From NCBI RefSeq assembly GCF_963921235.1, contig NC_086108.1, positions 35,156,001 through 35,220,000 of the forward strand: a stretch of 64,000 bases of DNA, given 5' to 3'. A model generated the notes under the pieces. It searched no databases, had not been told where the DNA came from, and saw only the letters and a program-made list of their open reading frames with translations. Below are positions 21,901 to 34,912 of this stretch, one piece after another. Positions within the stretch are counted from its first letter, which is position 1. Each line of letters begins with the position of its first letter. The DNA comes from Mobula hypostoma (Eukaryota). Position numbers and translations under genes: made by a program.

Positions 21901-24900
21901 TTGGAATCTTCCTTCTCAACCTTCTCTTGTTATCTCTATTGCTTCTCATTTTAAAACACTAACTAAAACTTACCCTTTGATCAAACATCAGACCTTTATT
22001 TTAATATAACACTTATAGTCTGTTTTTACTTGATTAAGCTACTCTGGGACATTTCATGCAGTAAATACACTAGAAATGCGTATTATTGATCATTGAACTG
22101 TGTATGATATGGGTAAGAATGATGCTAATTTATTTCTTCTGTGCTCTGATATTATCATCAGTTTGCTTTCAAAGTAGTTGTAAAGCTGTATATTATTACC
22201 ATTATCCCCCAAAAGATATATTCTACATTGTATTAAGGACTTTACACAGCTTATGGTGCTTATATATGCACATAAAATACACACACTAGTTCATCATTAG
22301 GCAGATGGAGGATTCAATTTAGATAAACCAACAAAAGTCACAATATTGAGAGAGTTTATTGCTTGTAATGCATTTACATAACTACTGTCACATGTTCAGG
22401 AAATCCCAGAATGCCACTCTCAATCTCTGCTTCCCACTTGAACCGCCATGTGGAATTTCTTGTGCAGGTGCCAAGGGCTTCCACCAACTCAGAAGTCTAT
22501 TGCAACATGGCAGGTTTCAGACATTACAACTTGTAATTTGGTGAGTGTGCTCTCACGATTTTAACTGTCATATATTTTGTCCAGTCCACAAAGTCAGGCC
22601 ATCTTCATCTTGCCCTTTCAGCATAAAAGACATTCCTTTTTCGCTTTGTGTGCATTTCTAACCTCACCTTAATTATACTGATGATATAATTATACTGCTG
22701 ATATGTTGCCCAATTACAACAGTTTTCACATTTTTATCACTCCCAGGGAAAAGTAGCTTCAACTGAGTTCACTGTACATGTTATTAGTATCTATCTTATC
22801 ATTTGTATTGTGAATTTAGTCTAATCCAGAAGTAGAAACTCCTTCTCCATTTTAAACATATCAAACTTCTCATTATCTTAAAGACCCATTGATTCACTCC
22901 TCCCTGAGCTGCTAGATATTTTATATTGCTTGATGCTGGTCTCATTGTGAATTGTTTTTGAACTTCCTCATTGTGAAATCTGTATCTGTGAACAGTACTT
23001 TATGTGAGATCTAACCAATGCACAGTCAACATCTCTCACTTTGAATTCTATTCCTGGTAGTTCTCCAGTTCTTGGGTTGCATCTGTATGTCCTCATTAAC
23101 CCTGTGCCCATTAGTGAGCTTTGTATCAGTTCCTCCAGATCCTTTTTGCACCATTACCCCATTTGGAATCTTACTTTCCATGAAGTCAGCAATTAAGCCG
23201 TGCAGCATCAGTGAGGATTGCACTTTATCCAATTACAGAAAACTACTGTAATCACTCATCATCCCATGCTTACTGACCTATTTTGGGTTCTGCTACAGCA
23301 AGGATTGGGCTATAAATGTCCTTTCTCCCTACTCAGCTTTTCCTCTCTTTTTGCACTTTTCTCTATGAAGACCATTTGGCTCCTTGGCTCTATGGTAGCT
23401 CGCAGTTTAGTCTCGTTCCCCCATTTACTTCCTGTTAACCTATTCTCACACTCACACATCAGTTCTGCTCACACAAACACACTCTAATATTTTGTGAAGA
23501 CCAGTGGAAACGCCTCTGGGATGTGGGAGGATGCAAGATTGTCAAGGAAGAATTAGAAACTTCACAGATAGCAGTATATGATGGGACTGATTCTGGGTAA
23601 CTGGAATTGTGAGGAACCTTCCCCTATCAGTGTTGACCAGAATCTCCCTCCATCAACAAGACTGGCAATTTCAATGTTCCCCCAAAATGACACTGGTTAC
23701 CTATTTTCTGCATTTGTTAGGCTGTCCATGAGCAACATACTTCTAGTTTGAATATATCTATTTCATATTGGTAATAGAGTATTAGCAGTAGAGGATTATA
23801 ATGGCCTCTTTGTCAATAATCATAAATCCTTTTCAGTATTTGCAGCCAATCGTTAGCCTGTGTTGTTTCCAAAACAATTTATCTGTTTCTTTCTCTCTCT
23901 TTCTCTTTCTCCTTCTCTCTCTCTCATTCACTTTCTCCCCCACTTGTTCTGAATGTCACTCTCTCCCTCTCTATTTAGTACACACACGCACACACACACA
24001 CATACAAATTAGGCAATATTTCAATGGAAAACTACAGGAAAATAATGTCAGTTCTGAAATAAAAACAGGCAATTTTCAATATACTGTAGATAGAGCAGGG
24101 AGGAAGATAAATCACCTTTTGCACATTTGATACTTGTAAATTGAGGTCTTAAATTGGGGCTTTGCTAGTCAGAAAAGCTACGTAAACAATTGAGATTGCT
24201 GTTTTATTGTCTCATTAACCTTAAACTTTAAGCCCCACTGAAAGCTCCTAGGAAACGTCATTCTTAGACGATAAAACAGTCACATTTATCTGGTCTATAA
24301 ATACAGAGTAATGATGGTGTTTTTGTAAAATATGTACATAGTGTTAATGTATAAATGATAGGGAAGCCAAGCAAATCAAGATGAACAGGGGGTTATTTAT
24401 ACACCTGCTATACCAAAAGTCTTTGTGAAGGTACATTATAAAGTGCTTGCAGAGTACGGAAATTTCCATTTCTTCCCCAAATAATGGGGTTGGATTATTG
24501 TGAATTACTTCTGGTGGCACAGTGAATCTGCTGATTTTCAGTTTTAACAGTTCACTATTGCGAACTGACGCCTGGTTGCCACCTTCTTCCCAATAGTCGT
24601 GGAAATTTCCATCGCTTTTGTTACAATCGGCTGGGTGCTAATCAAGGGCAAGATACTGAGGCTGAAAAATGAGAGGTCTAATTACTTTTGAATTTATTAA
24701 TTTAGTGATTTTTTTTGCCTTTATCTTTGAAAAGGTATTCATTGAAATTTTGTGTTTTCCCAATGGACCCTTATTGGGAAATCAAATGGTCAAGGAAAAC
24801 CAGTAAGCCTGTGTCCATCTCACAGTAGAGAATTGTGATAACTATCATTTCATGGAATGCTCCTCTCTTGCTCAGACCATCACCAACACCTGCCCCACCC

Positions 24901-25465
24901 TATCAAACACAGCCATGCCTCCTCCAGGGGAGAAGGTAAAATTATCTTCATAGACTAATTTTGCAGAAACACACCACTGAAATTCTCCCCCGCTATTCAT
25001 AGGTGAGATAATGAAAGTAATCATTTAGTACCTCACCTAACTTTTTGTTATGCTGTGATACATTCACAATCTCTACAATACCTTGCAGTTATACAGTACA
25101 AAATCAGCTCTTTGCCCACAGCTGAGATCCATGCTGATTATCTTTTATACCAATCGCATTTTTAAAAATTCCAGCACATTCCCATATTTTACGGTTGTTT
25201 CCAAGAGTACTTGATACTCATTCATACAGCTCACACTTGCTCTGGTCTCTTAAACGCAGTAAGCAGCTTGATTTCGTATCTGAACCCACGTTTGTATAAT
25301 TGGGTGTGTCCATCTGCTTCCTCTGACCATTTTACATAATTAGTCTACCATCTGATTTTTTTCCCTATTATTATAAAAGGTTAAGTCGATTCTCAGCCAG
25401 TCCATTTCCAGGACTACAAATCGCTCTGTTCTAAGTCTAGCTTGTAACTCTATGAAAGTTTGGAC

Positions 25466-25545
25466 CAGGAGTTCCCAACCTTTTTTATGCCACGGACCAA
25501 TAATATTAAGCAAGGGGTCCGTGCACCCCAGGTTGGGAATCTCTG
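25466..25545. mobile_element. 80-bp hAT MITE
   Basis: TIRs caggagttcccaacct / aggttgggaatctctg. Flanks gtttggac / atttagac. Confidence 0.65.
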
Positions 25546-25569
25546 ATTTAGACCATGCATCAATATATT

Positions 25570-26365
25570 CCGCAGGGATTGATCCTTCCATGATTCCCTT
25601 GTCCACTCATCCTTCCCCATTAGCCTCCCTCCCAGCACTTATCCCTGCAAGCAGCCAAAATGCTACACTCGCCCCTTCACATCCTCACTCCCCTCCATTT
25701 CGGATCCCGAACAGTCCTTCCATGTGAGGTGACACTTCACCAGTGAATCTGCTGGGGTCAGCTACTGTGCCCAGTGCTCCCGATGCAGCCCCCTCTACAT
25801 TGGTGAGACCCGTCGTAAATTGGGGGACTGCATTGTCAAGCACCGCTGCTCCATCTGCCAAACTTCTCAATGGCCAAACATTTTAATTCTGATTCCCATT
25901 CCCGTTCTGACTTATCAGTCCATGGCCTCCTCCTGTGCCATGATGAGGCCACCCTCAAGGTGGAGAAGCAACACCTTATATTCCTCTTATATAGCCTCTA
26001 ACCTGACGGCATGAATATCAATTTCTCCTTCTGGTTAAAAAAAATTATTCTCCTCCCCTTTTCTTCTATTCCCCTCTCACCTGTCTATCACATCCCCCTG
26101 GTGACATTGTGCTCCTTCCCTTTCTCCTTTGGTCCACTCTCCTCCCCTATCATATTCCTTTCTTTCTAGCCCTTCATGTCCCCCACCCAACTAGCTTCAC
26201 CTGTCACCTTCTGACTATCCTCCTTTCCCTCCACCCACCTTTTTATTCTGGTGTTTTCCCCCTTCCTTTCCAGTCCTGAAGGAGGGTCTTGGCCTGAAAC
26301 GTCAACTATTTATTCATTTCCATAGATGCTGCCTGACCTGCTAAGTTCCTCCAGCATTTTGTGAG
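25570..26365 (+). mobile_element. Penelope-like element 3' part (GIY-YIG plus terminal repeat)
   Basis: HFTSESAGVSYCAQCSRCSPLYIGETRRKLGD is homologous to 1-330. Followed by a pyrimidine-rich tail and the gatgctgcctgacctgctaagttcctccagcatt terminus. Confidence 0.8.
26271..26307 (+). ncRNA. Degenerate minimal type-I hammerhead ribozyme motif in a Penelope terminal repeat
   Basis: CAGTC-CTGAAGG-AGGGTCTTGGCCT-GAAAC-GTC-AACT. The core CUGANGA carries one substitution. Confidence 0.45.
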
Positions 26366-27245
26366 TATGTGGCTATCAATAGGCAATGTTTCTCAGCATC
26401 GTCTCAAACGTATCAACGTACTTCATTCTGCATGCAAAATGGATACAGTACTTCAGATGAGATCAAACCAGCATCTTCTAGAGGAATGATGTTCTTGTAA
26501 AAGATGAACATTTGACCTCACAATCAGCCTTGTCATGGTTTTGCACCATATTGCCTGTCTGCACTGCACATTCTCTGTAACAATAGCACAATATTTTGCA
26601 TTCTGATTTAGTTCTCCCTTGAACTACCTTAAAGTACTTGCGTTTTGAAATTATCTGTATGGGTGGCTTGCAAAACTAAGCTTTTCCCTGTATCTTGGTA
26701 CATGTGACAATAATAATAATAATAAACTAATTTCTTTGTGTTGAATTAACCCTGGTGCTCCAGCAGTAAAATGGCATCATTGGCTGCAGATGTTTCAGGC
26801 ACTCATCTGCTGAATTATTTTTGCATGTTTTCCCAGTCAGCACAGTGGTGCTGCTAATGGAGCTGCTGCCTTCTGGCACTAGAGACCTGGGTTCAATTGT
26901 GCCTTCAAGTCAGGAATCCGGCAGCAACTTTCGTACTGCCCCAGTGAAACGCACTGGTGTGAAAGCAGAGGTCACAGCTCAGTGGCCGGTCACTTTTGAA
27001 ACACTGGCAAAACATTTCAGGCTTTACTTTAATGTATTATTTTTCTGATCTTGTACATTGCAAGAAATCCCACACACTGTCCAACAAAAATAAAGAAGTC
27101 TTCATGTTCCAAATGCAGATCAGAGAAAATTAAGTTGCATGTTCAGCAAGCAGGCAACCTTGATAGACTGGGACTCTGCCAGATATACCTTCCAACAGAT
27201 GGGGATTGACTTTATTTGTTATACAGTTTGTCAGATGTTCAAATA

Positions 27246-27762
27246 CACTCAGTGGCCGCTTTACTAGGTACGCCTGCTGATTAATACAAATGTCTAACCA
27301 GCCAATTACGTGATGGGAAATCAATGCATAAAAAATACAGAGATTGTCAAGAGGCTCAGTTGTTGTTCAGACCAAACATCACAATGGGGAAGATATGTGA
27401 TCTAATTGACTTTCATCGTGGAATGATAGTTGGTGCCAGATGGGGTGGTTTGAGTATCTCGGAATCTACTGATTTCCTGGGATTTTCAAGCACAGCAGTT
27501 ATAGGGTTTATAGAGAATGGTTCAAAAAACACATCCAATGAGCAGCGGTTCTGCGGGTAAAAACACTTTGCTAATCAGAGTGATCAGAGGAGAATGGCCA
27601 CACTGGTTTGAGCTGACAGAAAGTAACTCAAATAACCACACAGTGGCGTGCAGAAGAGAATCTCTGAAAACACAACATGTTGAACCTTGAAGTGGATGGG
27701 CTACAGCAGCAGAAGATCACACCAGATTCCACTCCTGAACCTAACAAATTGGCTGATGAGTG
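27246..27762 (+). mobile_element. Tc1/mariner deletion derivative
   Basis: Flanked by TA, with degenerate TIRs cactcagtggcc / ggctgatgagtg. HTH remnant MGKICDLIDFHRGMIVGARWGGLSISESTDFLGFS. Confidence 0.7.
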
Positions 27763-28633
27763 TACATCAGCTATCTGGAAGTGCCTGGTTTCTACATAAA
27801 CATGTTTACATTCTCTGATAAGAACTTAAGAAACAGAAACAGGACTAAGCCATATAGCATGTTATTCTTTATGACTTAGTCCTTTTATTCTATGCTATTC
27901 AATAAGATTTTGGTTCTAATCTGGCACGTTTTGCTAAGAAGGTAGGACAAGCCACATACACATGGGAGAGTAGAGATCTTGAAGCAAGAAATTCAATCAT
28001 TTTGTCAATTTTGTTTTCAGTCACATAATTAAAAATTGACTTTATATGACATGAAATGCACTGATACTCATCACTGGGTAATTTGACATCATTCTAGAAA
28101 TTTGATGTACATTTCCTGCAGTGAATCGAAGCTGAGGTGATTTCCATATCAGTTGTGTGCTCTCTGATAACATCTTAGTTGCAACTCTGCTTTTGTATCA
28201 TTCTTGGGAGATTAGACCAAGTTTGTTCCTTGAAGAACCCATTCTCGATTACTGGTTAAAAAAGAAGAAAAAGAAGCTGGGGTGGGTTATTCTCTCCCTT
28301 GTGCCTGTTCCAGCTGTTCCACCTGTTCCGCCATTCCATCAGATCATGCTTGATCTTTCATCCACCTCCTCACAGTAACGCAATGTCACACAGTTCACTT
28401 AATATCTAAAAATATATTGTTCACTGTTGAGTGCACACAGGGTTGGAGCCTCCACACCCTTCAGTAGAATTAGAAAGATTCATTTCCCTGTGGATGAAAT
28501 GTCTTCTCGTCCAGAATATTTGGGCCCTTATTTTGAGGCTGTGACCTCTCGTTCTAGATATCCAGGGATCATATCATTTCAAGCGTCATACAAATTTACT
28601 ATTTCAATCGGTATTCAACCCTTCCAGGGTATA

Positions 28634-30432
28634 CAGTGGCATGCAAAAGTTTGGGCACCCCAGTCAAAATTTCTGTTACTGTGAATAGCTAAGCAAGTAA
28701 AAGATGAACTGATTTCCAAAAGGCATAATGTTAAAGATGACACATTTCTTTAATATTTTAAGCAAGAAAACTTTTTTATTTCCATCTTTTACAGTTTCAA
28801 AATAACAAAAAAAGGAAAAGGACCTGAAGCAAAAGTTTGGGCACCCTGCATGGTAGTACTTAGTAACACCCACTTTGGCAAGTATCACAGCTTGTAAAAA
28901 CTTTTTGTAGCCAGTTAAGATTCTTTCAATTCTTCTTTGGGGGATTTTCGTCCATTCTTCCTTGCAAAGGGCTTCTAGTTAGAACCATAGAACCATAGAA
29001 CAATAGAACATTACAGCACAGAAACAGGCCTTTTGGCCCTTCTTGGCTGTGCCAAACCATTTTTCTGCCTAGTCCCACTGACCTGCACCTGGACCATATC
29101 CCTCCATACACCTCCCATCCATGTTTTTCTTAAATGTTAAAAGTGAGCCCGCATTTACCACTTCATCTGGCAGCTCATTCCACACTCCCACCACTCTTTG
29201 TGTGAAGAAGCCCCCCCGCCACCTAATGCTCCCTTTAGACTTTTTCCCCTTCACCTTCAACCCATGTCCTCTGTTTATTTTTCTCTCCTAGCCTCAGTGG
29301 AAAAGCCTGCTTGCATTCACTATACCCATCATAATTTTATATACCTCTATCAAATCTCCCCTCATTCTTCTACGCTCCAGGGAATAAAGTCCTAACCTAG
29401 TCAACCTTTCTCTGTAACTCAGTTTCTCAAGTCCTGGCAACATCCTTATAAACCTTCTCTGCACTCTTTCAACTTTATTAATATCCTTCTTGTAATTTGG
29501 TGACCAAAACTGTACACAATACTCCAAATTCTGCACCCTTTTTTCTCCAAACATACCTTAGTTCATTGCGGCGAAAAAGTTCTATTTTAACTTCATCAGT
29601 CCATAGGACTTGTTTCCAAAATGCATCAGGCTTGTTTAGATGTTCCTTTGAACCTTTTGAATAAAACTTTTTGGCTTCAATGAACAAAGGTATGTTTGGA
29701 GAAAAAGGGGTGCAAAATTTCATGAAAAGAACCCCTCTCCAACTGTTAAGCACGAGGGTGGATCGATCATGCTTTGGGCTTGTGTTGCAGCCAGTGGCAC
29801 AGGGAACAATTACTGGTAGAGAGAAGAATGAATTCAATTAAATACCAGCAAATTCTGGAAGCAAACATCACACCGTCTGTAAAAAAGCCGAAGGTGAAAA
29901 GAGGATGGCTTTTACAACAGGATAATGATCCTAAACACACCTCAAACTCCACAATGGACTACCTCAAGAGGCGCAAGCTGAAGGCTTTGCCATGGCCCTC
30001 ACAGTCCCCTGACCTAAACATCATCGAGAATCTGTGGCTAGACCTCAAAAGAGTAGTGTATGCCTGACAGCCCAAGAATCTCACAGAACTAGAAGCCTTT
30101 TGCAAGGAAGAATGGGCGAAAATCCCCCAAACAAGAATTGAAAGACTCTTAGCTGGCTACAGAAAGCGTTTACAAGCTGTGATACTTGCCAAAGGGGATG
30201 TTACTAAGTACTGACCATGCAGGGTGCCCAAACTTTTGCTTCGGGCCCTTTTCCTTTTCTGTTATCTTGAACTGTAAAAGATGGAAATAAAGAAGTTTTC
30301 TTGTTTAAAATATTAAAGAAATGTGTCAACTTTAACTTTATGCCCTTTGGAAATCAGTTCATCTTTTACTCACTTAGCTATTCACAGTAACAGAAATTTT
30401 GACTGCGGTGCCCAAACTTTTGCATGCCACTG
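28634..30432. mobile_element. Tc1-family transposon (IR/DR type) with a fold-back structure
   Basis: TA TSD. TIR cagtggcatgcaaaagtttgggcacc at both ends, with internal direct repeat caaaagtttgggcaccc. DDE motifs VLWTDE (minus strand) and QQDNDPKH / SPDLNIIENLW (plus strand). Confidence 0.9.
28981..29530 (-). mobile_element. Young CR1 3' fragment inserted into the Tc1
   Basis: ORF 29294..29554 LEYCVQFWSPNYKKDINKVERVQRRF. (agaaccat)n tail. Same subfamily as 63231-64000. Confidence 0.85.
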
Positions 30433-30966
30433 TATAGTTCAGTCTTCATATCCTCTCTTATGACATGCTTGCCATCCCTAGAATCAATCTTCAGCCCATT
30501 TCCTCAATTGCAAGCATATACTTTCTGAATACGGTATTCAGAGTAAAGTTTTACCAGAAATTCATGTTTACTTCAGATTCACCAACCAGATGTCTCTTTT
30601 GTACCCAATTCCTCTTGCAATACAGGACAACATATTGTCTTTCACTTTAATTAACTACGGGGTCATTTAGTCATTAGGTACAAGGATGATGAAAACAACA
30701 CCACTCTTGATATTCACATAATTTAAGAATGAATTCATCTTTCCATTTCTTGAGCTGATGTAGATGATATTGTATTTATCCACATTTAGTCTTCCATGCC
30801 TTTTCCCATTCACCTACTTTGTTTATATTTCCTTGGAGCCCTGTTGCAGCCTTTTCATTACCCATACTGCCAGCCAACTTTATATCATGGGCAAACTTGG
30901 AGAGATCACACTTGATCCCCTATCCAGGTCATTGATGCAGATTATGAACAGTTGGGGTCACGGTAT

Positions 30967-32268
30967 TGTCACGAACCCCGTGACAGGTTGAAAAGGACTA
31001 GTAGAAATGGAACACACCTGGAGTCTGGTTTACTATAAATTAAGACTATATTTATTACTACTACGAATTAATATCATTAAACCGAATAATACAATGCAGG
31101 TTATAAACTATTATATATATACTGTCCGTGTACAAACATCTATCTATTGATGCTTCTGGACACATCTTCAGTGACGTTCCTGGAATCATCGGGTGTTTCG
31201 GGTCTTTCAACATCATACAACCTCCTCCAGGTGATCCAGCCGGGGCTGATCAGACCCCAGCTTGTGTCCGGATGGCTAGCTACTTATCACTCCATGGCTC
31301 CCCTCTTTTGAGCCACAGCCATCTTGAGGCCCTCTCTGCCGCATCGGTGGTACTGCGGATGGCTCTCCTCTTCCTCTCTCCCTCGATGCCCAAAATGCTG
31401 AAGGCCCTAACTAAAGAATGGGCTATGAATCCCCTACAACCAACTTCCACTGGGAGACACCTCACTCTCCATCCAGCCTGCTGACAGTTGCTGACCAGTC
31501 CTGCGTATTGGAGAGCTTCCTTTCAAAGGCCTCCTCCAAGCTATCTTCCCATGGGACTGTCAGCTCCAGCAGCACCACTTGCTTAGTAGATTCAGACACT
31601 AGGACAATGTCTGGTCGCAGGGTGGTGGCTGCAATATATATATATATCCGTAAATGTGTGTGTGGATACAAAAAATAATAGTCCAGGAGGTAGATATCAG
31701 TCTTACGGTGTCAGGTAAGTTTAAGCAGTTCAGTTCACTTTGTGTTGCGTCGAGTTGAATTGATGGAGAGAGAGAGGGTTAATTGAGTTGATGTTCAAGT
31801 TGGCAGCTTTAGTTATTCTTGCTTCCGAAGTCTTCAGTCACTTGGTGTGAGCCCCACACAGACACAGATGGGCAGAGCCCCTTCTAGGGAACGGTCTACT
31901 AACCCACAGCACGGGTTCGCCACCAGCAGACCCCCACAGGCAAGCTCTTACCCGCACTGGTAATCATGGGTCAAAATTAATTGGTCCGTGGCCTCCACCT
32001 TCGTGGTAGTCTTAAACTCCACCAGTGGTTTCTCAGGTAGCTTCCGCAGTTCTCTCGTGTCGTGTCTCCTCTGCCGTTGTCAGACCGAAGGATCAACTTT
32101 TTATAATCCATCCAAAATTCCAGTGTCCGTTAGCTGAATCACTCTGAGCTGTTACCATGGTGACTTCCCAGCTTGTGTCTCAGCTCGCGCCATATTCTCC
32201 CTCTCTTTTAATTGCCTCCTTGTTCATTAGACTGCTGAACTTTCTAGCAGTTTCTCATGTGCGTGACA
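30967..32268 (-). mobile_element. Solo LTR (Gypsy/ERV-like) inserted in an old CR1
   Basis: Termini TGTCACG...CGTGACA with 4-bp TSD gtat (30963-30966 and 32269-32272). Minus-strand AATAAA near 31052. CR1 sequence continues on both sides. Confidence 0.7.
31122..31633 (-). mobile_element. Hero-clade non-LTR retrotransposon 3' end (restriction-like endonuclease)
   Basis: TLRPDIVLVSESTKQVVLLELTVPWEDSLEEAFERK..VEVGCRGF..AAERASRWLWLKR, a PD-(D/E)xK RLE as in Hero elements. Flanked by (TA)n. Confidence 0.75.
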
Positions 32269-33831
32269 GTATCAGTTCCTGCAGTGCCCCATGGGGCTGA
32301 GTCCTCTAACTCAAAAGTTACTTTTATTTCTGTTTTGAAGACAAAAGAGATTGCTGCAAACTGGAGCACAAAACAACCCTGGAAGAACTTAGTAGACCAA
32401 GCAGTGTCTATGAAAACAGACTATTCCTATAGGTTTTTTTGGCACATCATGACTCCTCTTGGATCCCAATCTGTTAGAGATTTTTTTTCGGAATTATGGA
32501 GTTAGATAGATAACAGGTGTTAAACCATTCTCCAGAAAATAAAACTTGTTCATAATTCAATCTCTGCTGATGCTTTAAGGTCATCAAAAGTAATCACTGG
32601 GTGTGGGATATTCAGAATCAAAATCAGGTTTTTTATTGCTGTTGATCCAAGTTTATTTCAAAACCCTTTAAAAAATACTGAAGACAGACCAAGGACATTC
32701 AGTGGTCAGGTTGACCAGCCTGTGGATTATCCACTTAGTCACAGTCAGCAACCCGTCGTTCTCAGGAACTATACAATACAAACTTCCAACAGACCCATCC
32801 TTTAGTAATAGGCCGTCTGATCACCCATTGATGTTAAAACATTCACATTACTTGTTTCTTCCCACCCACCCACTCTCCCCTGAAGCTAAGTCCTGAACAC
32901 AACCATATTGATTGAGAATGTAATTATCAGGTGTCACCGGAATTGAAGTATCTCGGGTCCCGGGGGTTGTTGAGGAGGTTTGTAGGCAATCTTTATTACC
33001 TCTGACATATGTCATGAATTTTGTTGCTTTATACCAGCAGTACAGTGCAAAACATAAAACCAAATCTCTATGAGTTATAGTTATAACAAATAAATAGTGC
33101 AAAAGAGGAATAACGAGGTTGTGTTCATGGATTCAGACTGTCTGGAGATCTGGTCAGAATCTAGTGTATCTACAGACACAAGACAATGTCAAGCAGAGTT
33201 CAGAACATGTCCGTTTGGTCACTTATTATGCTGTGTCCCACAATACTAACAAAAGAAGTATATTTTGAGTTTCTGGGGTTTGTACACAGAATTTTCAGAC
33301 AAGCTACCAGCATATGAATAGTCAAAGGGGATACAGGAATGCACTACCACTGTAAATATGTAAGTCTGTAGAAAGTTACCTGTCTCCGTTCAAAATGTTA
33401 AAGTGGGTAATTGTAGCTATTGAAGTTGCAGTTAATTCTTTATTGTTGCCTTTGTGTTTAAAAATTATATAGCATTCTCTGGAAAGAAGAGAAATATCTT
33501 CTCCTCAGATCTGCTGTGTTGAATAAAGACCTTTTATTTCTCCCAGCTACAGCTTCCATGTGGCTCAGTTCAGTTGTCACAACAGGCAGAGGGAGTGGGA
33601 GAAAGAGTATAATTACAGGTCTCCGAGGAGGCGAGAAGAGGGAGAATGAATTTGACGCAGTTTCTCTTTTGTGGGCTGCCGTGGACGTGATGGGTTGAAT
33701 AGCCAGCATCTGTGTCATACATAACAGTTGTATGGCTCTCCATGCCCTGCAGAAGATGTTATTGCTTACATCGTTCACAGTGAGTGATGACCGTTTTGTG
33801 TGATTGCAACAAACTGCACATCGATCTAGAG

Positions 33832-34010
33832 CAGGCGTTGGCAACCTTTTTGCCTCTCGCGTATTAATGAGTGGACAGTGGGCCAGATAAATGCCATAAA
33901 AACTTGAAATATGGGAATTATCCATTTAAATGCATCTAGTTATGTTTTGCCTCAAATTAATGAATAACACATGCTAGAAAATCATTTGTGCTTAAGGTTG
34001 CCTACCCCTG
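33832..34010. mobile_element. hAT MITE (179 bp)
   Basis: TIRs caggcgttggcaacct / aggttgcctacccctg. Perfect 8-bp TSD atctagag. Confidence 0.85.
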
Positions 34011-34454
34011 ATCTAGAGTATGTTAATGCCAAAACTCGGTGTTGTGCAGGAGGGGTGGTTTTGTGGCTGTGCAATGGGCTATTGGACCTGGCTGCACCAC
34101 TTGTTCTTTACACAAGTTTCTGTGGAGAAGTGCCTTTGAACCACGGTCACTGGTCAGTGTAGGAGGCTGTGGGAGATGACTTGTTGGATCCTGTGGACTA
34201 GTTTCTCCAGCAGATTGTCAATATCATTTGGCAGATGACTTCACCACCAGCATTTGCAAACAAGCAGCTAGGCCTTACTTGGCTGGCAGTAAGGCCCACC
34301 CGTCGGACCTCCTTTCAGATTTTCGTCCATAATCCCACTGTACTGAGGAGATGAGGAGATGGTCCACTGCCTTGTGGATGTTGAGTGTGACAGTAGCACA
34401 CCAATGGCTCTACTTTATTTGCAATGCAAAGGAGATTTTGTGTATCTTACAAGT

Positions 34455-34912
34455 TTCACAGATATGCAGTGGATGCCATTCCGATTGGTAGCATCACATC
34501 TTGGTATTGAAACTCCAATACACAGGGCCGCAAGAGCCTGCAAAGGGTTATGGGCCCAGCAAATTCCATCACGCATACAACCCTCCCCACTTTTGAGGAC
34601 ATCTTCAAGAAGCAGTGCCTTAAGAATGCAACATCTACGACCATCCAGGTTGTACCCTCTTCTCTTTACTACAGATGGGCAGCGGGTACAGGAGCCTGAA
34701 GTCCCACACTCATTTATTCAGTAGCAGCTTCTTCCCCTCCACCATCTTTTTTCTGAACGGTCCACGAACTCACGAACACTACCTCATTATTCTTTTTTTC
34801 TCTACTTATTTATTTCTGTTCTTTATTGTAAATTTATGTCTTTGTACCGTACTGTGTCACAAAACAACAAATTTCATGTCGTATAACCCAGTGATAATAA
34901 ACCTGATTCTGA
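34455..34912 (+). mobile_element. Rex1/Babar 3' fragment
   Basis: gcatcacatcttggtatt..gaggacatcttcaagaagcagtgcct..agcagcttcttcccctccaccatc, ending gataataaacctgattctga. Confidence 0.65.

Noticed and set aside
24105..24130. ATGTGCAAAAG|GTGATT on the minus strand as the first exon of an RGS16/RGS5-like gene (MCK..)
   Set aside because: Far too short for the MCxxLxxxPxxCLER exon, and no downstream RGS exons were found.
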